Part shown: positions 38,806-49,266 of the stretch, one piece after another
Layout of the letters: every line of letters begins with the position of its first letter
Position numbering within the stretch: the first letter of the stretch is position 1
Source of the DNA: Oligoflexia bacterium
GTDB taxonomy: Bacteria; Bdellovibrionota; UBA1018
NCBI GenBank assembly: GCA_963758495.1
Contig: CAVWVI010000003.1
Coordinates: forward strand, 1,504,001-1,568,000
DNA: 64,000 nt
Direction of reading: 5' to 3'
Program-made: the position numbers and the translations under genes
Notes under the pieces: generated by a model
What the model was told of the DNA's origin: nothing
The model's database searches: none
What the model saw: the letters and a program-made list of their open reading frames with translations, nothing else

Positions 38806-41800
38806 ATGGCTAAATTGAAAAAAAGAAACGTTAATAAATCTACCTCTGCGACGAAAACTCCGAAATCGGAACCACCGTCGAGGAAGCAGTTCCCCATCGT
38901 AGGGGTCGGAGCATCCGCAGGTGGGCTCGAAGCCATAGTTCAACTGCTCACTCACCTTCCGTCCAATACGGGCATGGCACTCGTCGTGGTTCAGCATCTG
39001 GACCCCACTCACAAGAGCCTTTCCACCGAGATTTTATCAAGAAAGACTCGGATGCCCGTGGCGGAAATCAGTGATGGTATGAAGGTAGAACCAAATCATG
39101 TTTACGTCATCCCGCCCAATTGCAATCTTGCGATTATTAATGGCGTCTTGAGCCTGATGCCTCGGACTGAAGCTCGGGGCCAAGCAATGTCCATCGACTT
39201 TTTCTTCGAATCGCTTGCCCAGGAGCAAAAGAGTAAGGCCATCGGAATCATTCTTTCAGGTACGGCCTCTGACGGTACCCAAGGCCTAGAGACCATCAAG
39301 GCGGAAGGGGGGTTGACGATCGCTCAGGACCCGGCATCGGCGAAGTATGACGGGATGCCTCGCAGCGCCATCGCCTCTGGCGCGGTGGATCTGGTTCTGA
39401 CGCCTGGGCAAATCGCAGAAGAGCTAGTCCGGTTTGGGCACCATCCACTCCTGGCTCGTCAGGGGAAAGCAAAAACGCCTTCATTCGAAGGACTTGCCAA
39501 AGTCGAAGGCGACAGTCTGACCAAGATCTTCGCACTACTACGAAACCAATCTCATGTTGATTTCACCCACTACAAGCACACAACTGTCAAAAGGCGTATT
39601 GCTCGCAGAATGGTTCTTCAGAAAAAGAAGAAACTCGAAGATTACGTCAGCTATTTGCAATCGAACCCGCAGGAAGTACGAGATCTCTTTGCTGACATTC
39701 TCATCAACGTAACGGAATTTTTTCGCGATGCAGATATTTTTGCCGCCCTTAAGAATCAGCTTTTACCCGAAATCATCAAGAATAGAGCGGCCGGTTCACC
39801 CATCCGGATCTGGGTCATCGGTTGCGCCACCGGAGAAGAAGCCTATTCTGTAGCGATCGCTTTACTGGAACTTCTTGGAGACACTGCTCAAAAGAGGGCA
39901 ATTCAGATTTTTGCTACGGATATCAGTGAAAAAGCCATCCAAAAAGCTCGGGCGGGTGTATACTCAGAGAGCATTCGGAAGAATGTTTCTGAGGAACGGC
40001 TGAAGCGATTTTTTGTCAAAACTGAGACTGGGTATAAGATCAATAAGTTCATCCGGGAAATGTGCCTTTTCTCACGGCATGATGTAACGAGCGATCCCCC
40101 ATTTGCGAAACTTGATCTTATTTGCTGCCGCAATCTTCTCATCTATTTCGACTCTGCTTTGCAAAAACGAGTGCTCCCGCTCCTCAATTATGCTCTTAAT
40201 CCCGGTGGTTTTCTCTGGCTCGGTGCTTTGGAGTCGGTAGGTGACCTCTCGGTGCTGTTCAAAGTGATCGACAAGGCCAAAAAATTCTACTTGCGCGGCA
40301 CCGCTCCAGTCCTGCCCCGAGTGCAGTTCGGGGCTAGTTCCTATTTGCTCGAAAACCTAGAATCCACAGCATCGAAGTCGTCGCGAAAAACACCGGGATT
40401 GCCAGATTTTCAAAGTAAAACCGAGCAAGTGCTGATCTCTGAGTACGCGCCACCGGGTGTGGTGGTCAACAGTAACATGGAGATCATTTTGGCCAGAGGA
40501 GATACCTCACCTTATTTCAAACTGCCGATGGGACAGGTTAGTCTCAACCTCTTCAAGATGGCGAGGCCAGAGCTTGTCCCAGATCTTCGCATGGTAATAC
40601 AGGCAGCAAAAAAGAAAAATATCCGCGTTAAAAAGGAGGGATTGAGCATTCTCGATGGAGACCGGCAGAGGTTTCTTAATATCAGCGTGATTCCTATTAG
40701 AATAGAGTCCAAGGACAGAGAACGCCACTTTTGGATTCTCTTCGAGCAAGCGTCAGAACTGCTACAGTCCAGCGAATCTCCAGAGTCACCAGAGTCAAAA
40801 GCCACGTACAGACGAGGGAAACGCCCCGTGAGGAAAACCTCTGATGTGAAAGACCGGCGAATTAAGGAATTCGAACGAGAACTGGCCGAGACCAAGGCCT
40901 ATCAGCAAGCACTGGCGGAAGATCACGAAGCCACCCAGGAAGAGATCACATCCGCGAACGAAGAGCTGCAAAGTACCAATGAGGAACTCCAGAGCACGAA
41001 CGAAGAGCTGGAGACAGCCAAAGAAGAGCTTCAGTCCATGAATGAGGAGTTGACCACGGTCAACGACGAATTACAGAATCGCAACATCGATCTCATGCAG
41101 GTCAACAACGATCTTATTAATCTTCTAGGAGCCGTCGATTTCCCTATTATCATGGTAGGAGCCGATGGCCGAATCCGACGTTTCACACCCACGGCGGGAA
41201 AGTTGCTGAACCTGCGTCCAAGCGATGTGGGACGTCCCATTGGAGATATTAGACCCGATTTTGAAGGACCTGATTTGCAAACCCTCGTCTCCGATGTGAT
41301 GGAAACAATCACAGTTAAAGAGCAGGAGGTCTGCAGTCGCGAGGGACAATGGTATCGCCTCCAGGCACGTCCCTACAAGACGATAGATAACAGAATCGAT
41401 GGCGCAGTCATTTCGTTGATCGATATTACTCTTTTAAAGGAGCATCTCACCGAAAGCCAAACCGCGCTGAGATATGCGACAGCTGTCGCAGACACGCTTC
41501 CCCATCCTTTGGGGGTTGTCGATGATCAACTGCATCTACTGGCCGTAAATCCAGGATTAGCCCGCTTATTTGAGATCATGCCGAGTGAGGTCGTCGGATC
41601 AGATCTGATTCGGATTCTGAGCGGCAAAGGCTTGAACATTCCTCGTCTCCGCAAGCTCTTGATTGAGGTGATCTCAGACAATCGGTCAGTGAAAAACTTC
41701 GAAATCGAACACGACTTTGACACTATTGGCCGGCGAATCTTGCTCCTAAACGCCCAGAAAATCAGATGGCAAGACCCCCTCATGCCGAAGGCAATACTTC

Positions 41801-43056
41801 TTTCGATCGACGACATCACCGAGGGCAGAACTCTTGAGCGTACGATTGAACATGCTATGGGGCAAGAAAAAGTGGCGCGCCTCGAGGCCGAGCGCGCCAA
41901 CCAGAGCAAGGATGTTTTTCTCGCAACACTATCACACGAGCTACGCACTCCTTTGACTTCAATCCTCTCCTGGTCACAGCTTTTACAGCGCAGTCAAGTG
42001 AGTCCTGAAAAGGCCCGACACGGCTTGGAGATTATTGAACAGAACGCGCTTGCTCAAGAACAACTGATCAACGATTTATTGGATATTTCCAGAATCCAGT
42101 CTGGAAAACTATCCCTCACGTTAGTTGAAGTGAGTCCAGATGACATCGTACACGCAGCGATCGAGTCGCTTCGTCCTCGGGCTGAAAGTAAGAAAATCGT
42201 CATCCAAATGTTCAGCGACGTTAAAATCGGAAAGGTCAACGGGGATTCTGCAAGGTTACAGCAAGTGATTTGGAATCTGCTCACGAATGCGCTCAAATTC
42301 TCACCCGAGGGTAGCAAAGTCGAGGTTCATATCGCCAAGGTTCAAGAGCACGGTCACACATATGTGTCAATCCGTGTGGTCGATCATGGCAAAGGCATTG
42401 ATCTGGCTTTTCTGCCTGATATTTTTACTCGATTCAGTCAACAAGACAGCACGAGCACACGCATTCATGGTGGACTTGGGATTGGACTATCCCTTGTGCA
42501 TGATCTAGTTAAGGTTCACGGCGGAAGCGTTAAAGCAGAAAGTCAAGGATCGGGGCAAGGTGCGGTCTTTACTGTGCTTCTTCCTATGGTCCGCGAAGGA
42601 GAGCTACGAGCAGCCCTTCCGTTGGTGGGAAGCAATCAAACTGCCAAACCAGCACCGCCGGATCTTTCCGGCTTGCAGGTACTTATCGTTGATGACGAAC
42701 CTGGCTCATTGGAAGTATTTGCTGAAATCGTAAAATCCTTTGGTGGAAAACCGCTTCAATGTAGCTCAGTTCGCGATGCAATGACCCTGTTTGAAAAATT
42801 TCGACCTGACGTAGTCGTAAGTGATATCGCGATGCCTTTAGAGGATGGATACGCACTGATTCGGAAGATCCGCGCTCTTCCAAGCGAGAAGGGCGGACGC
42901 GTCCCAGCGATAGCACTGACTGCATATGCCGCACATCATGACATCGAGCGTGTCGTTGCAGCAGGATTTCAAGAGCATATGTCCAAACCAGTTGATAGTG
43001 AGAAATTTGGTTGTGCGATTGCGCGACTGGCTAAAGTTGGAGATGTACTGATTTAG
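38806..43056 (+). CDS. Second CheB-CheR-PAS-PAS hybrid histidine kinase with receiver domain
   Basis: Same motif series as 32598-36386 plus an extra PAS-like segment before FLATLSHELRTPL; likely start MAKLKK. Confidence 0.93.
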   Translation: MAKLKKRNVNKSTSATKTPKSEPPSRKQFPIVGVGASAGGLEAIVQLLTHLPSNTGMALVVVQHLDPTHKSLSTEILSRKTRMPVAEISDGMKVEPNHVYVIPPNCNLAIINGVLSLMPRTEARGQAMSIDFFFESLAQEQKSKAIGIILSGTASDGTQGLETIKAEGGLTIAQDPASAKYDGMPRSAIASGAVDLVLTPGQIAEELVRFGHHPLLARQGKAKTPSFEGLAKVEGDSLTKIFALLRNQSHVDFTHYKHTTVKRRIARRMVLQKKKKLEDYVSYLQSNPQEVRDLFADILINVTEFFRDADIFAALKNQLLPEIIKNRAAGSPIRIWVIGCATGEEAYSVAIALLELLGDTAQKRAIQIFATDISEKAIQKARAGVYSESIRKNVSEERLKRFFVKTETGYKINKFIREMCLFSRHDVTSDPPFAKLDLICCRNLLIYFDSALQKRVLPLLNYALNPGGFLWLGALESVGDLSVLFKVIDKAKKFYLRGTAPVLPRVQFGASSYLLENLESTASKSSRKTPGLPDFQSKTEQVLISEYAPPGVVVNSNMEIILARGDTSPYFKLPMGQVSLNLFKMARPELVPDLRMVIQAAKKKNIRVKKEGLSILDGDRQRFLNISVIPIRIESKDRERHFWILFEQASELLQSSESPESPESKATYRRGKRPVRKTSDVKDRRIKEFERELAETKAYQQALAEDHEATQEEITSANEELQSTNEELQSTNEELETAKEELQSMNEELTTVNDELQNRNIDLMQVNNDLINLLGAVDFPIIMVGADGRIRRFTPTAGKLLNLRPSDVGRPIGDIRPDFEGPDLQTLVSDVMETITVKEQEVCSREGQWYRLQARPYKTIDNRIDGAVISLIDITLLKEHLTESQTALRYATAVADTLPHPLGVVDDQLHLLAVNPGLARLFEIMPSEVVGSDLIRILSGKGLNIPRLRKLLIEVISDNRSVKNFEIEHDFDTIGRRILLLNAQKIRWQDPLMPKAILLSIDDITEGRTLERTIEHAMGQEKVARLEAERANQSKDVFLATLSHELRTPLTSILSWSQLLQRSQVSPEKARHGLEIIEQNALAQEQLINDLLDISRIQSGKLSLTLVEVSPDDIVHAAIESLRPRAESKKIVIQMFSDVKIGKVNGDSARLQQVIWNLLTNALKFSPEGSKVEVHIAKVQEHGHTYVSIRVVDHGKGIDLAFLPDIFTRFSQQDSTSTRIHGGLGIGLSLVHDLVKVHGGSVKAESQGSGQGAVFTVLLPMVREGELRAALPLVGSNQTAKPAPPDLSGLQVLIVDDEPGSLEVFAEIVKSFGGKPLQCSSVRDAMTLFEKFRPDVVVSDIAMPLEDGYALIRKIRALPSEKGGRVPAIALTAYAAHHDIERVVAAGFQEHMSKPVDSEKFGCAIARLAKVGDVLI

Positions 43057-43152
43057 CGGGCAAACGGCATCGGTGCCTGTTCAAGCAATGTCGATTCGAG
43101 CAAATCTTGATCATTTCGGATTACCATCCTCCTTCTTTTTCAATAGATTGGA

Positions 43153-46100
43153 TCAATGGGATAAATAATATACCCAATTCTGGGGTAAGCGCAGAATCAA
43201 CTGAAAAGGCCGGAATCCGGCTGATGTTCTCTCGCTGGTAAATTCTACTTCGACCCTTCCGCCTCCCTCTTCTATCCATGTACGGACTGCATTCATTCCC
43301 ACTCCGCGACCTGAAATTTGTGTCACCTTTTCTGAGGTTGATATGCCGGTCTCAAAGATCAGCTCTGCGACTTGGTGATCCAATGCAGTTTCGGTACAGG
43401 TTCCCCTCTTTATCCCCTCGGCTTTCAAAGCGACAAGATTCAATCCTCGGCCATTATCCGAGAGAGAGATAGTAATCGGTGTTGGACCATCCCGTGAGTC
43501 TTTTATACTCAATCGAATGATGCCACCCTCTTTCTTCCCTTTCTCTTTTCTCTCAATCAGAGTTTCCAGTCCATGATCAACGGTGTTTCTTAAACAATGA
43601 GTAAACACTGCTTTCAAGACGCGCTCCCGCTCGAGTGCGAACAAGAATCGACTGCTGTCTTTCATCTGATCTTCAATCATAATTTCCGGCGAAGGCTTGC
43701 CCAAAGAGTTTGCCAGCTCAGGAATAGAATTTAGGACTTCGTGAAGGATCTCTTGAATGGGTGCGAAGTCAAGGGCCGCATACATTTGATCCCAAATTCG
43801 TACTTTGTCATCTCGAGTGAGAGAGGAGAGTCGCTGGGACTCCAGGATTTTCAATATGCGGGCACTGGCGCGTCCTTTGGCCGTATCGACAGGATTGGAC
43901 TTGACCCCAGCGGCCGCACCCAGCTGAGTCGTCGCCAACCGATGGTATTTCTCCAAAACCGACTGAACTGAATCTAGGTCTGAACCCAGTCGTTTCAAAT
44001 CAACGTTGGTCTTTTTGCCTTTTTTTAAATCAACCAGAAGTTCCTCGGCCTCATGAAGAGTGTCCACAGTATATGAAAGACCTAATATTCTGACATTTCC
44101 CTTGATTGTATGAATATTTCTAAAAAGATGATTTACTTTGTCTTCTGGTAAGGGTTGATCTGGATCAAGCTCCTGTATGATATTTCTATTCTCGTTAATG
44201 TAGCACGTAAACTCGTCATAGTTCCTCAGGAAACTTCCGACTCCGCAATCTAAGATCTGGCCGATCATTTCTAACTCGAGTTTCTGATCTTTAGCTTGAA
44301 TCTGTAAACGTCTAATTTCAGTCACATCCCTCACGCTCACTAGAATTTTCTCGATCTTCCCGTCTTCATCGATAATGGGCTTCCAGTCCAACTCCAGATT
44401 TTGATCATTTAAATGGGCTTTTCGTACAATCTGTTTAGGGAGGAGATGACTATTCAGTTCGAAATTTAATTCTGATTCGCCAAATAATAAAAATAAAACT
44501 CCCTCTATCTGACCTCGAGTATTCATGCTGATGGAGGGATGATTCAAAAGAAGTGGAAGCGACTCCTTTCCGGCAAGTTCTTTTTCATCCAAAATAATCT
44601 CCAAATAAGAAGAGTATTCTGGATGAATCTTAAAATCTTTTTGTATTGCAAATATCCCTTGTTGCAAGTTGCTTAACATCGCTTGAACGTCCCGAGTTTT
44701 CGATGCTAACTGGGAAGTCCTTTCCTTCACTTTTCTTTCGAGAGTTTCATAAATACGGGCGTTTTGTATGGAAACGGCAGCTTGAGAGACAAGAATATCG
44801 AGGGCGGTCAATCGCGCTTCTGTAAATGCACCAGCGACCGCGTTGTTTTCTAAGTAAAGAATGGCTAATAAATTCCCTTGATTTAAGCTGGGTAAGCAAA
44901 CAAGGGAGTGTACTTCGTTCTTTTTAAAATAGGAATCTGTTTTAAATCGTTCTTCCTTTGATGCGTCGACTACAATGAGTGGCGCCTTTTTGATCCGGAC
45001 TCGATCGATCAATGAAAACGGAGTTTCTTCGATATAAGCGCGAGAATGAAGTGTGAAGTTTCCTTTTGAATCTGGTAGAAGTAACCCGCCTTTTTCGGCG
45101 CCACTGACTTCCAAAACGATCTTCAATAGTTTGTCTGTGAGCTGAGTCAACACGACCTCGCTTGAAAGAGATCTTGCTGCCTTTAAGACTCCATAGAAAT
45201 CGAGATTTTGCTCAGTTGAGATCGTTCCGGTATTCCTCGTGCCGTCTATTGTGTGAGTCTGAGTGCTCATTGTTGTGTTCGATGGCGTGGCAAAGGCCCC
45301 TGTTTGACAATTGCTGTTCCCAATTTCTGGAAAAAAATTGCGATAACGTGCTTCTAAATAGCGCACACGTGCCCAGGCTTCCCAAGCGGTGTAAACTTTA
45401 TGTGCAGTTCGAATATAAAGTGCAGCTACTTCTGGATTATCGTAAGCCAGGAAATAGTCGCCGATCTTCTCGTTAATGAGAGCTTCAAAATAGTAATTTC
45501 CATCCCGCTTTGCTGATTCAAGCGCCCGCCGAAAAACGCGTGTCACTTCCTCCATGGGCTTACCTAGATAGAAACTGTATTCAGCTTCCAGAAAATGGGA
45601 GTAGTGATCGAAATTAGCAGGAAAAAAACTAGAAAGAGTTCGAAATTTTTCTCTAATTTCTTCTAGTCTATTCTTACATTCATCACTGAGCGGCAGTTTG
45701 TTTTTGTGTTGAGTAGCGATGAGAGCCAGAGCATAATAGAATTCTAATTTAAGCTCTGACATGCTCCCCGCTAACATGGACTTTGTCTTAAAGCACTGAA
45801 GAAGTTCGACCAAGGCCAAATCTGGAGAAGAAAAAAGGTAGTTGTATATACCGTTTTGAAGCCGCAATAAACTTTCCCCAAACTCATGATTTGCCTTTAT
45901 CGTTGCTTCTTTTGTTGATTCTAAGCGAGAAATGACCTTCGCCGCATCTTCATCAGAGGCTGTATATAATAATTCGAAGAGTCCAGATCTCGAATCAAAC
46001 AATGTGATTGCTGCCTGAAAACCGAGGGTCATGATACGGTTTCGATTGTCCAAGGCTTCCATGGCTTTTCCCAACGAACCATGTTGAGCTTTGACTTCCA

Positions 46101-49100
46101 CGTGATAGGATGCCGCCATAAGGGCAATGAATTCTTTTGCTTCGATGGCGAGTTCAAAAACCTTGGAACAATGGTGCTCTAATTCAGCTCCATCCATATT
46201 GAGAAAGCAACAAAAGGTAAGATGCAAAAAATAGGCGTAGACTGATTGTGCCTGATTGCGAGACTTCAAACTATCAATGAGAGACAGTCCAACCTCTTCG
46301 AGGTCGCGGACGATTCCATATTGTCCGAGGGTATTGAAGGCGATGGCTGTCGTGGCGAAACTTGCACTAGCAAAGTCAGTCAGTCCATACTTCAAAGTGA
46401 GTTGAGTGGCAGTCATTGCGCAAATTTTTGTGAGATTTGACTTTGCAGCAAGGTAGCTTGAACTTTGAAGTCTTGCAAGACCTGTGAGAATGAGCATGGC
46501 TCTCGGATCTTTATTGTCAGGCAGTTCTAAGATGGGTAGTAATCTTTTTCCCTGTTTTTGAATCTGATTCAGCATTTCTAGAGTAGTGACAGCTGTTTTT
46601 TTTACGTCGTCATCCGTTGTATCGACCTCAAAGTGAAGATGGAGAGCTTTAAGGCCTTCTAAAGATAACTCTACGGACTTATGGAAATTATATTCCAGGT
46701 TGGCTTGATCCGCCATAAGACCATAAGCTTCCGCTTTTTCTAAGTCGTTACGAGACCGCTCGAGCAGGATTTGACAAGATTCTCTGCTTTCTTTTTTTTC
46801 TCCTGCACGCAAAGAGATCTTGCTTAGCTCTAGGAAGAGGTTTCTCATTAAGTCGGGGTGGGACTGCCAGTATTCGTCTTCAAATAGAGAACGCGCTTGT
46901 GAAATGTACTGAAAAGCCTTCTTGAACGCAGAAGATTTACTGACATGAATCGCAGCACGAATGAGGCAGTCTCCGATTTTTAGCTTGGTTCGTCCTTTGG
47001 TCCTCAAAAAATCAGATCTTAGATAATGTTCTGCAATTGCAACCGAATCTTGATTTTCAATAGGAACTGAAGTGAGCAGTTCACCCAAATCAAAGTGAAT
47101 TTGTTTTCGAGTTTCTTCGGATTTTAGCTCGTATGAAACCTGTTGAAGGCGGTCATGCAGGAATTGAAATTCAATTCTGTATTTAGAATTGAAATGTCTG
47201 CTACTGATCAAATGTTGATAACTACCTCTTACTGGACGAATAATCTCTTGATTTACGGCCTTTTCAACCGCTGGAATGAGCTTGTCAGGATCGATTTTCA
47301 AAGCCTGTGCAATTGAATGAAAGTCAAATGTTGTACCAAAGGCTGCTCCAGCGTTGAGAAAGTCCTGAGTTTGAGGATCTAGATCGCGAAATTTGGTTAA
47401 CAGGAACTCGACTACATTTTGGCTCACTTGAAGTTGATCTAACTTATGCAGATCCACTATCCAGGCTCTCTGTTCTGGGCATCGCGTGAGTAACTGGTCT
47501 GCGTAAAGTTTCTTGAGGATTTGATGAACAAAGAACGGATTACCGCTGGATTTCTGAATGAGCTTTTGAGCCACAACATCAAGTGACGAACTTTGCCCAA
47601 GCGTATCTGACAAGAGTTCGTGAACTGCTGCTTCCTTCAAAGGCTGTAATTTAAAAACTCTTATAGTTCGGGTTAAGTTTTTGATGGCCAAGTTCAAAGG
47701 GTCACCTTTTTCAACGTCGCCGGAGCGATAGGCTCCAACTAACATGAACTTAGGAAAGGGTGCTTTTGCTAAATGCTCGATCAAATCAAGAGTTGTGAGG
47801 TCGGCCCATTGTAGATCATCAAGGAAAAGAATGAGAGATTTGTGCGTAGTGATTGTACGCAGAAGAGTGGTAAATGCCGCAAACAGTCTTCTGCTGCTAT
47901 CACTTGGGTTCAATGTGGCGGGCTTGGGCAATTCTCCCAAGTACACTGTCAACTCAGGCAAAACATCTGTAATTACGCCAACATCATTACCTAGATTTTC
48001 CCTGAGTTCATTCTTAATTTTGTCCAAAGTTTGAATGGAATCCCCGGTAAGAAAATCAAAAAAAGAAAGTAGCGCCTTCTTGAATCCAAAGAGCGGAATA
48101 GTAGATTGAAACTGGTCTATTTTCCCTTCTACTAAATAACCCCCCCTTTCTGAAACAGGTCGAATCAGCTCCCGAATTAAAGAGGACTTTCCGACACCCG
48201 AAGACCCTTCAATTAAGGTAAAGAAGCTATTTTCGGGTGCATCTATTTTCTGACAATTTTCAAAAATTTGAAGAAATTCACTTACCTCTTTTTCCCGTCC
48301 ATAAACCTTTTCAGGAATGATGAGATACTCTGAAAGATCTTCCTGACCTAATGGAAAAGTCCACGAGTTCTTGTCTTGAGAAACTGCCTTTTGTATTTTT
48401 TTCAGGTCGGAAACGAGGCCCCATGTGCTTTGGTACCGGTGGTCCGGATCCTTGGCGACTAACTTTTGAATGACTTCAACCAATGACTGTGGGGCATCGT
48501 TCCTCATTTGATGGATGTTGGGCAAAGGCTCTACCAAATGGGAATGCAGAAGCTCCATAATATCTGTTGAATTGAAAGGCCGAGTCCCCGTCAGAAGCTC
48601 AAAAAAGGTAATACCCAAAGAATAAAAATCCGCCCGATAGTCCAGACTACGATTGATGCGCCCGCTTTGTTCCGGGGCGAGATAATGCAAAGTACCTTCT
48701 AAATATTGGACAGGTTTAAGGTGTTGCACCTCCCTGTGAGTTAGGGAGGCAATAGAAAAATCGATAATCCAGACCTTGGAAAAATCAGGAAGGCTGATGA
48801 TATTGCTTGGGTTAATGTCTTTGTGAACTACGCCTTTGCTATGAATGCGTCCCAAGGATTCAGCCAAAAAAATGGCACAGTGTAGAAATACTCCAATCTT
48901 CATTGGCTCTGTCAGTAACTGCGTCAGAGATACTGCCCCGAGGTCCGGAAATAAAACCGATGGGTAGCCTTGGTAGAGGATTTTTCCTTGAGCTTGTAAG
49001 ATTCCTTCTGTAGGGCCGAGGTGGGCCAAGATTTCGGTTTCATGATGGAATCGAGCAATTTCGCTAGAGTCCGGATGTTCTTGGGGCAAAGACTTGATAA

Positions 49101-49191
49101 TCCAAGTTTTCTGAGTTTCCGTATCTAAGACTCGGAATACAGTAATTTTATTAGACTGATAGAGGGTAGTCCTTTGGCTCCATGTAGGCAT
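43153..49191 (-). CDS. Giant multidomain kinase: Ser/Thr kinase - AAA/STAND NTPase - helical region - GAF - PAS-like - HPt - CheA-like HATPase
   Basis: HKDINPSNI, IDFS, YLAPEQSGR; GSSGVGKS, FLDDLQWAD; LYLENN...AFT; FRNIHTIKGN; LRNTVDHGLE, DNGRGL, SGRGVGM. Confidence 0.88.
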   Translation of the reverse strand: MPTWSQRTTLYQSNKITVFRVLDTETQKTWIIKSLPQEHPDSSEIARFHHETEILAHLGPTEGILQAQGKILYQGYPSVLFPDLGAVSLTQLLTEPMKIGVFLHCAIFLAESLGRIHSKGVVHKDINPSNIISLPDFSKVWIIDFSIASLTHREVQHLKPVQYLEGTLHYLAPEQSGRINRSLDYRADFYSLGITFFELLTGTRPFNSTDIMELLHSHLVEPLPNIHQMRNDAPQSLVEVIQKLVAKDPDHRYQSTWGLVSDLKKIQKAVSQDKNSWTFPLGQEDLSEYLIIPEKVYGREKEVSEFLQIFENCQKIDAPENSFFTLIEGSSGVGKSSLIRELIRPVSERGGYLVEGKIDQFQSTIPLFGFKKALLSFFDFLTGDSIQTLDKIKNELRENLGNDVGVITDVLPELTVYLGELPKPATLNPSDSSRRLFAAFTTLLRTITTHKSLILFLDDLQWADLTTLDLIEHLAKAPFPKFMLVGAYRSGDVEKGDPLNLAIKNLTRTIRVFKLQPLKEAAVHELLSDTLGQSSSLDVVAQKLIQKSSGNPFFVHQILKKLYADQLLTRCPEQRAWIVDLHKLDQLQVSQNVVEFLLTKFRDLDPQTQDFLNAGAAFGTTFDFHSIAQALKIDPDKLIPAVEKAVNQEIIRPVRGSYQHLISSRHFNSKYRIEFQFLHDRLQQVSYELKSEETRKQIHFDLGELLTSVPIENQDSVAIAEHYLRSDFLRTKGRTKLKIGDCLIRAAIHVSKSSAFKKAFQYISQARSLFEDEYWQSHPDLMRNLFLELSKISLRAGEKKESRESCQILLERSRNDLEKAEAYGLMADQANLEYNFHKSVELSLEGLKALHLHFEVDTTDDDVKKTAVTTLEMLNQIQKQGKRLLPILELPDNKDPRAMLILTGLARLQSSSYLAAKSNLTKICAMTATQLTLKYGLTDFASASFATTAIAFNTLGQYGIVRDLEEVGLSLIDSLKSRNQAQSVYAYFLHLTFCCFLNMDGAELEHHCSKVFELAIEAKEFIALMAASYHVEVKAQHGSLGKAMEALDNRNRIMTLGFQAAITLFDSRSGLFELLYTASDEDAAKVISRLESTKEATIKANHEFGESLLRLQNGIYNYLFSSPDLALVELLQCFKTKSMLAGSMSELKLEFYYALALIATQHKNKLPLSDECKNRLEEIREKFRTLSSFFPANFDHYSHFLEAEYSFYLGKPMEEVTRVFRRALESAKRDGNYYFEALINEKIGDYFLAYDNPEVAALYIRTAHKVYTAWEAWARVRYLEARYRNFFPEIGNSNCQTGAFATPSNTTMSTQTHTIDGTRNTGTISTEQNLDFYGVLKAARSLSSEVVLTQLTDKLLKIVLEVSGAEKGGLLLPDSKGNFTLHSRAYIEETPFSLIDRVRIKKAPLIVVDASKEERFKTDSYFKKNEVHSLVCLPSLNQGNLLAILYLENNAVAGAFTEARLTALDILVSQAAVSIQNARIYETLERKVKERTSQLASKTRDVQAMLSNLQQGIFAIQKDFKIHPEYSSYLEIILDEKELAGKESLPLLLNHPSISMNTRGQIEGVLFLLFGESELNFELNSHLLPKQIVRKAHLNDQNLELDWKPIIDEDGKIEKILVSVRDVTEIRRLQIQAKDQKLELEMIGQILDCGVGSFLRNYDEFTCYINENRNIIQELDPDQPLPEDKVNHLFRNIHTIKGNVRILGLSYTVDTLHEAEELLVDLKKGKKTNVDLKRLGSDLDSVQSVLEKYHRLATTQLGAAAGVKSNPVDTAKGRASARILKILESQRLSSLTRDDKVRIWDQMYAALDFAPIQEILHEVLNSIPELANSLGKPSPEIMIEDQMKDSSRFLFALERERVLKAVFTHCLRNTVDHGLETLIERKEKGKKEGGIIRLSIKDSRDGPTPITISLSDNGRGLNLVALKAEGIKRGTCTETALDHQVAELIFETGISTSEKVTQISGRGVGMNAVRTWIEEGGGRVEVEFTSERTSAGFRPFQLILRLPQNWVYYLSH

Positions 49192-49266
49192 GGATATTCA
49201 TCGGCTTAAGCGCTTCAAAAAATGAGATTTCCAGTAGGTTGCTGTGGTGAGTGGTATTTTAGCTAA

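Noticed and set aside
38473..38813. Several short overlapping ORFs between hipA and the second CheB-CheR kinase
   Set aside because: No recognisable motif; cannot tell which, if any, is real.
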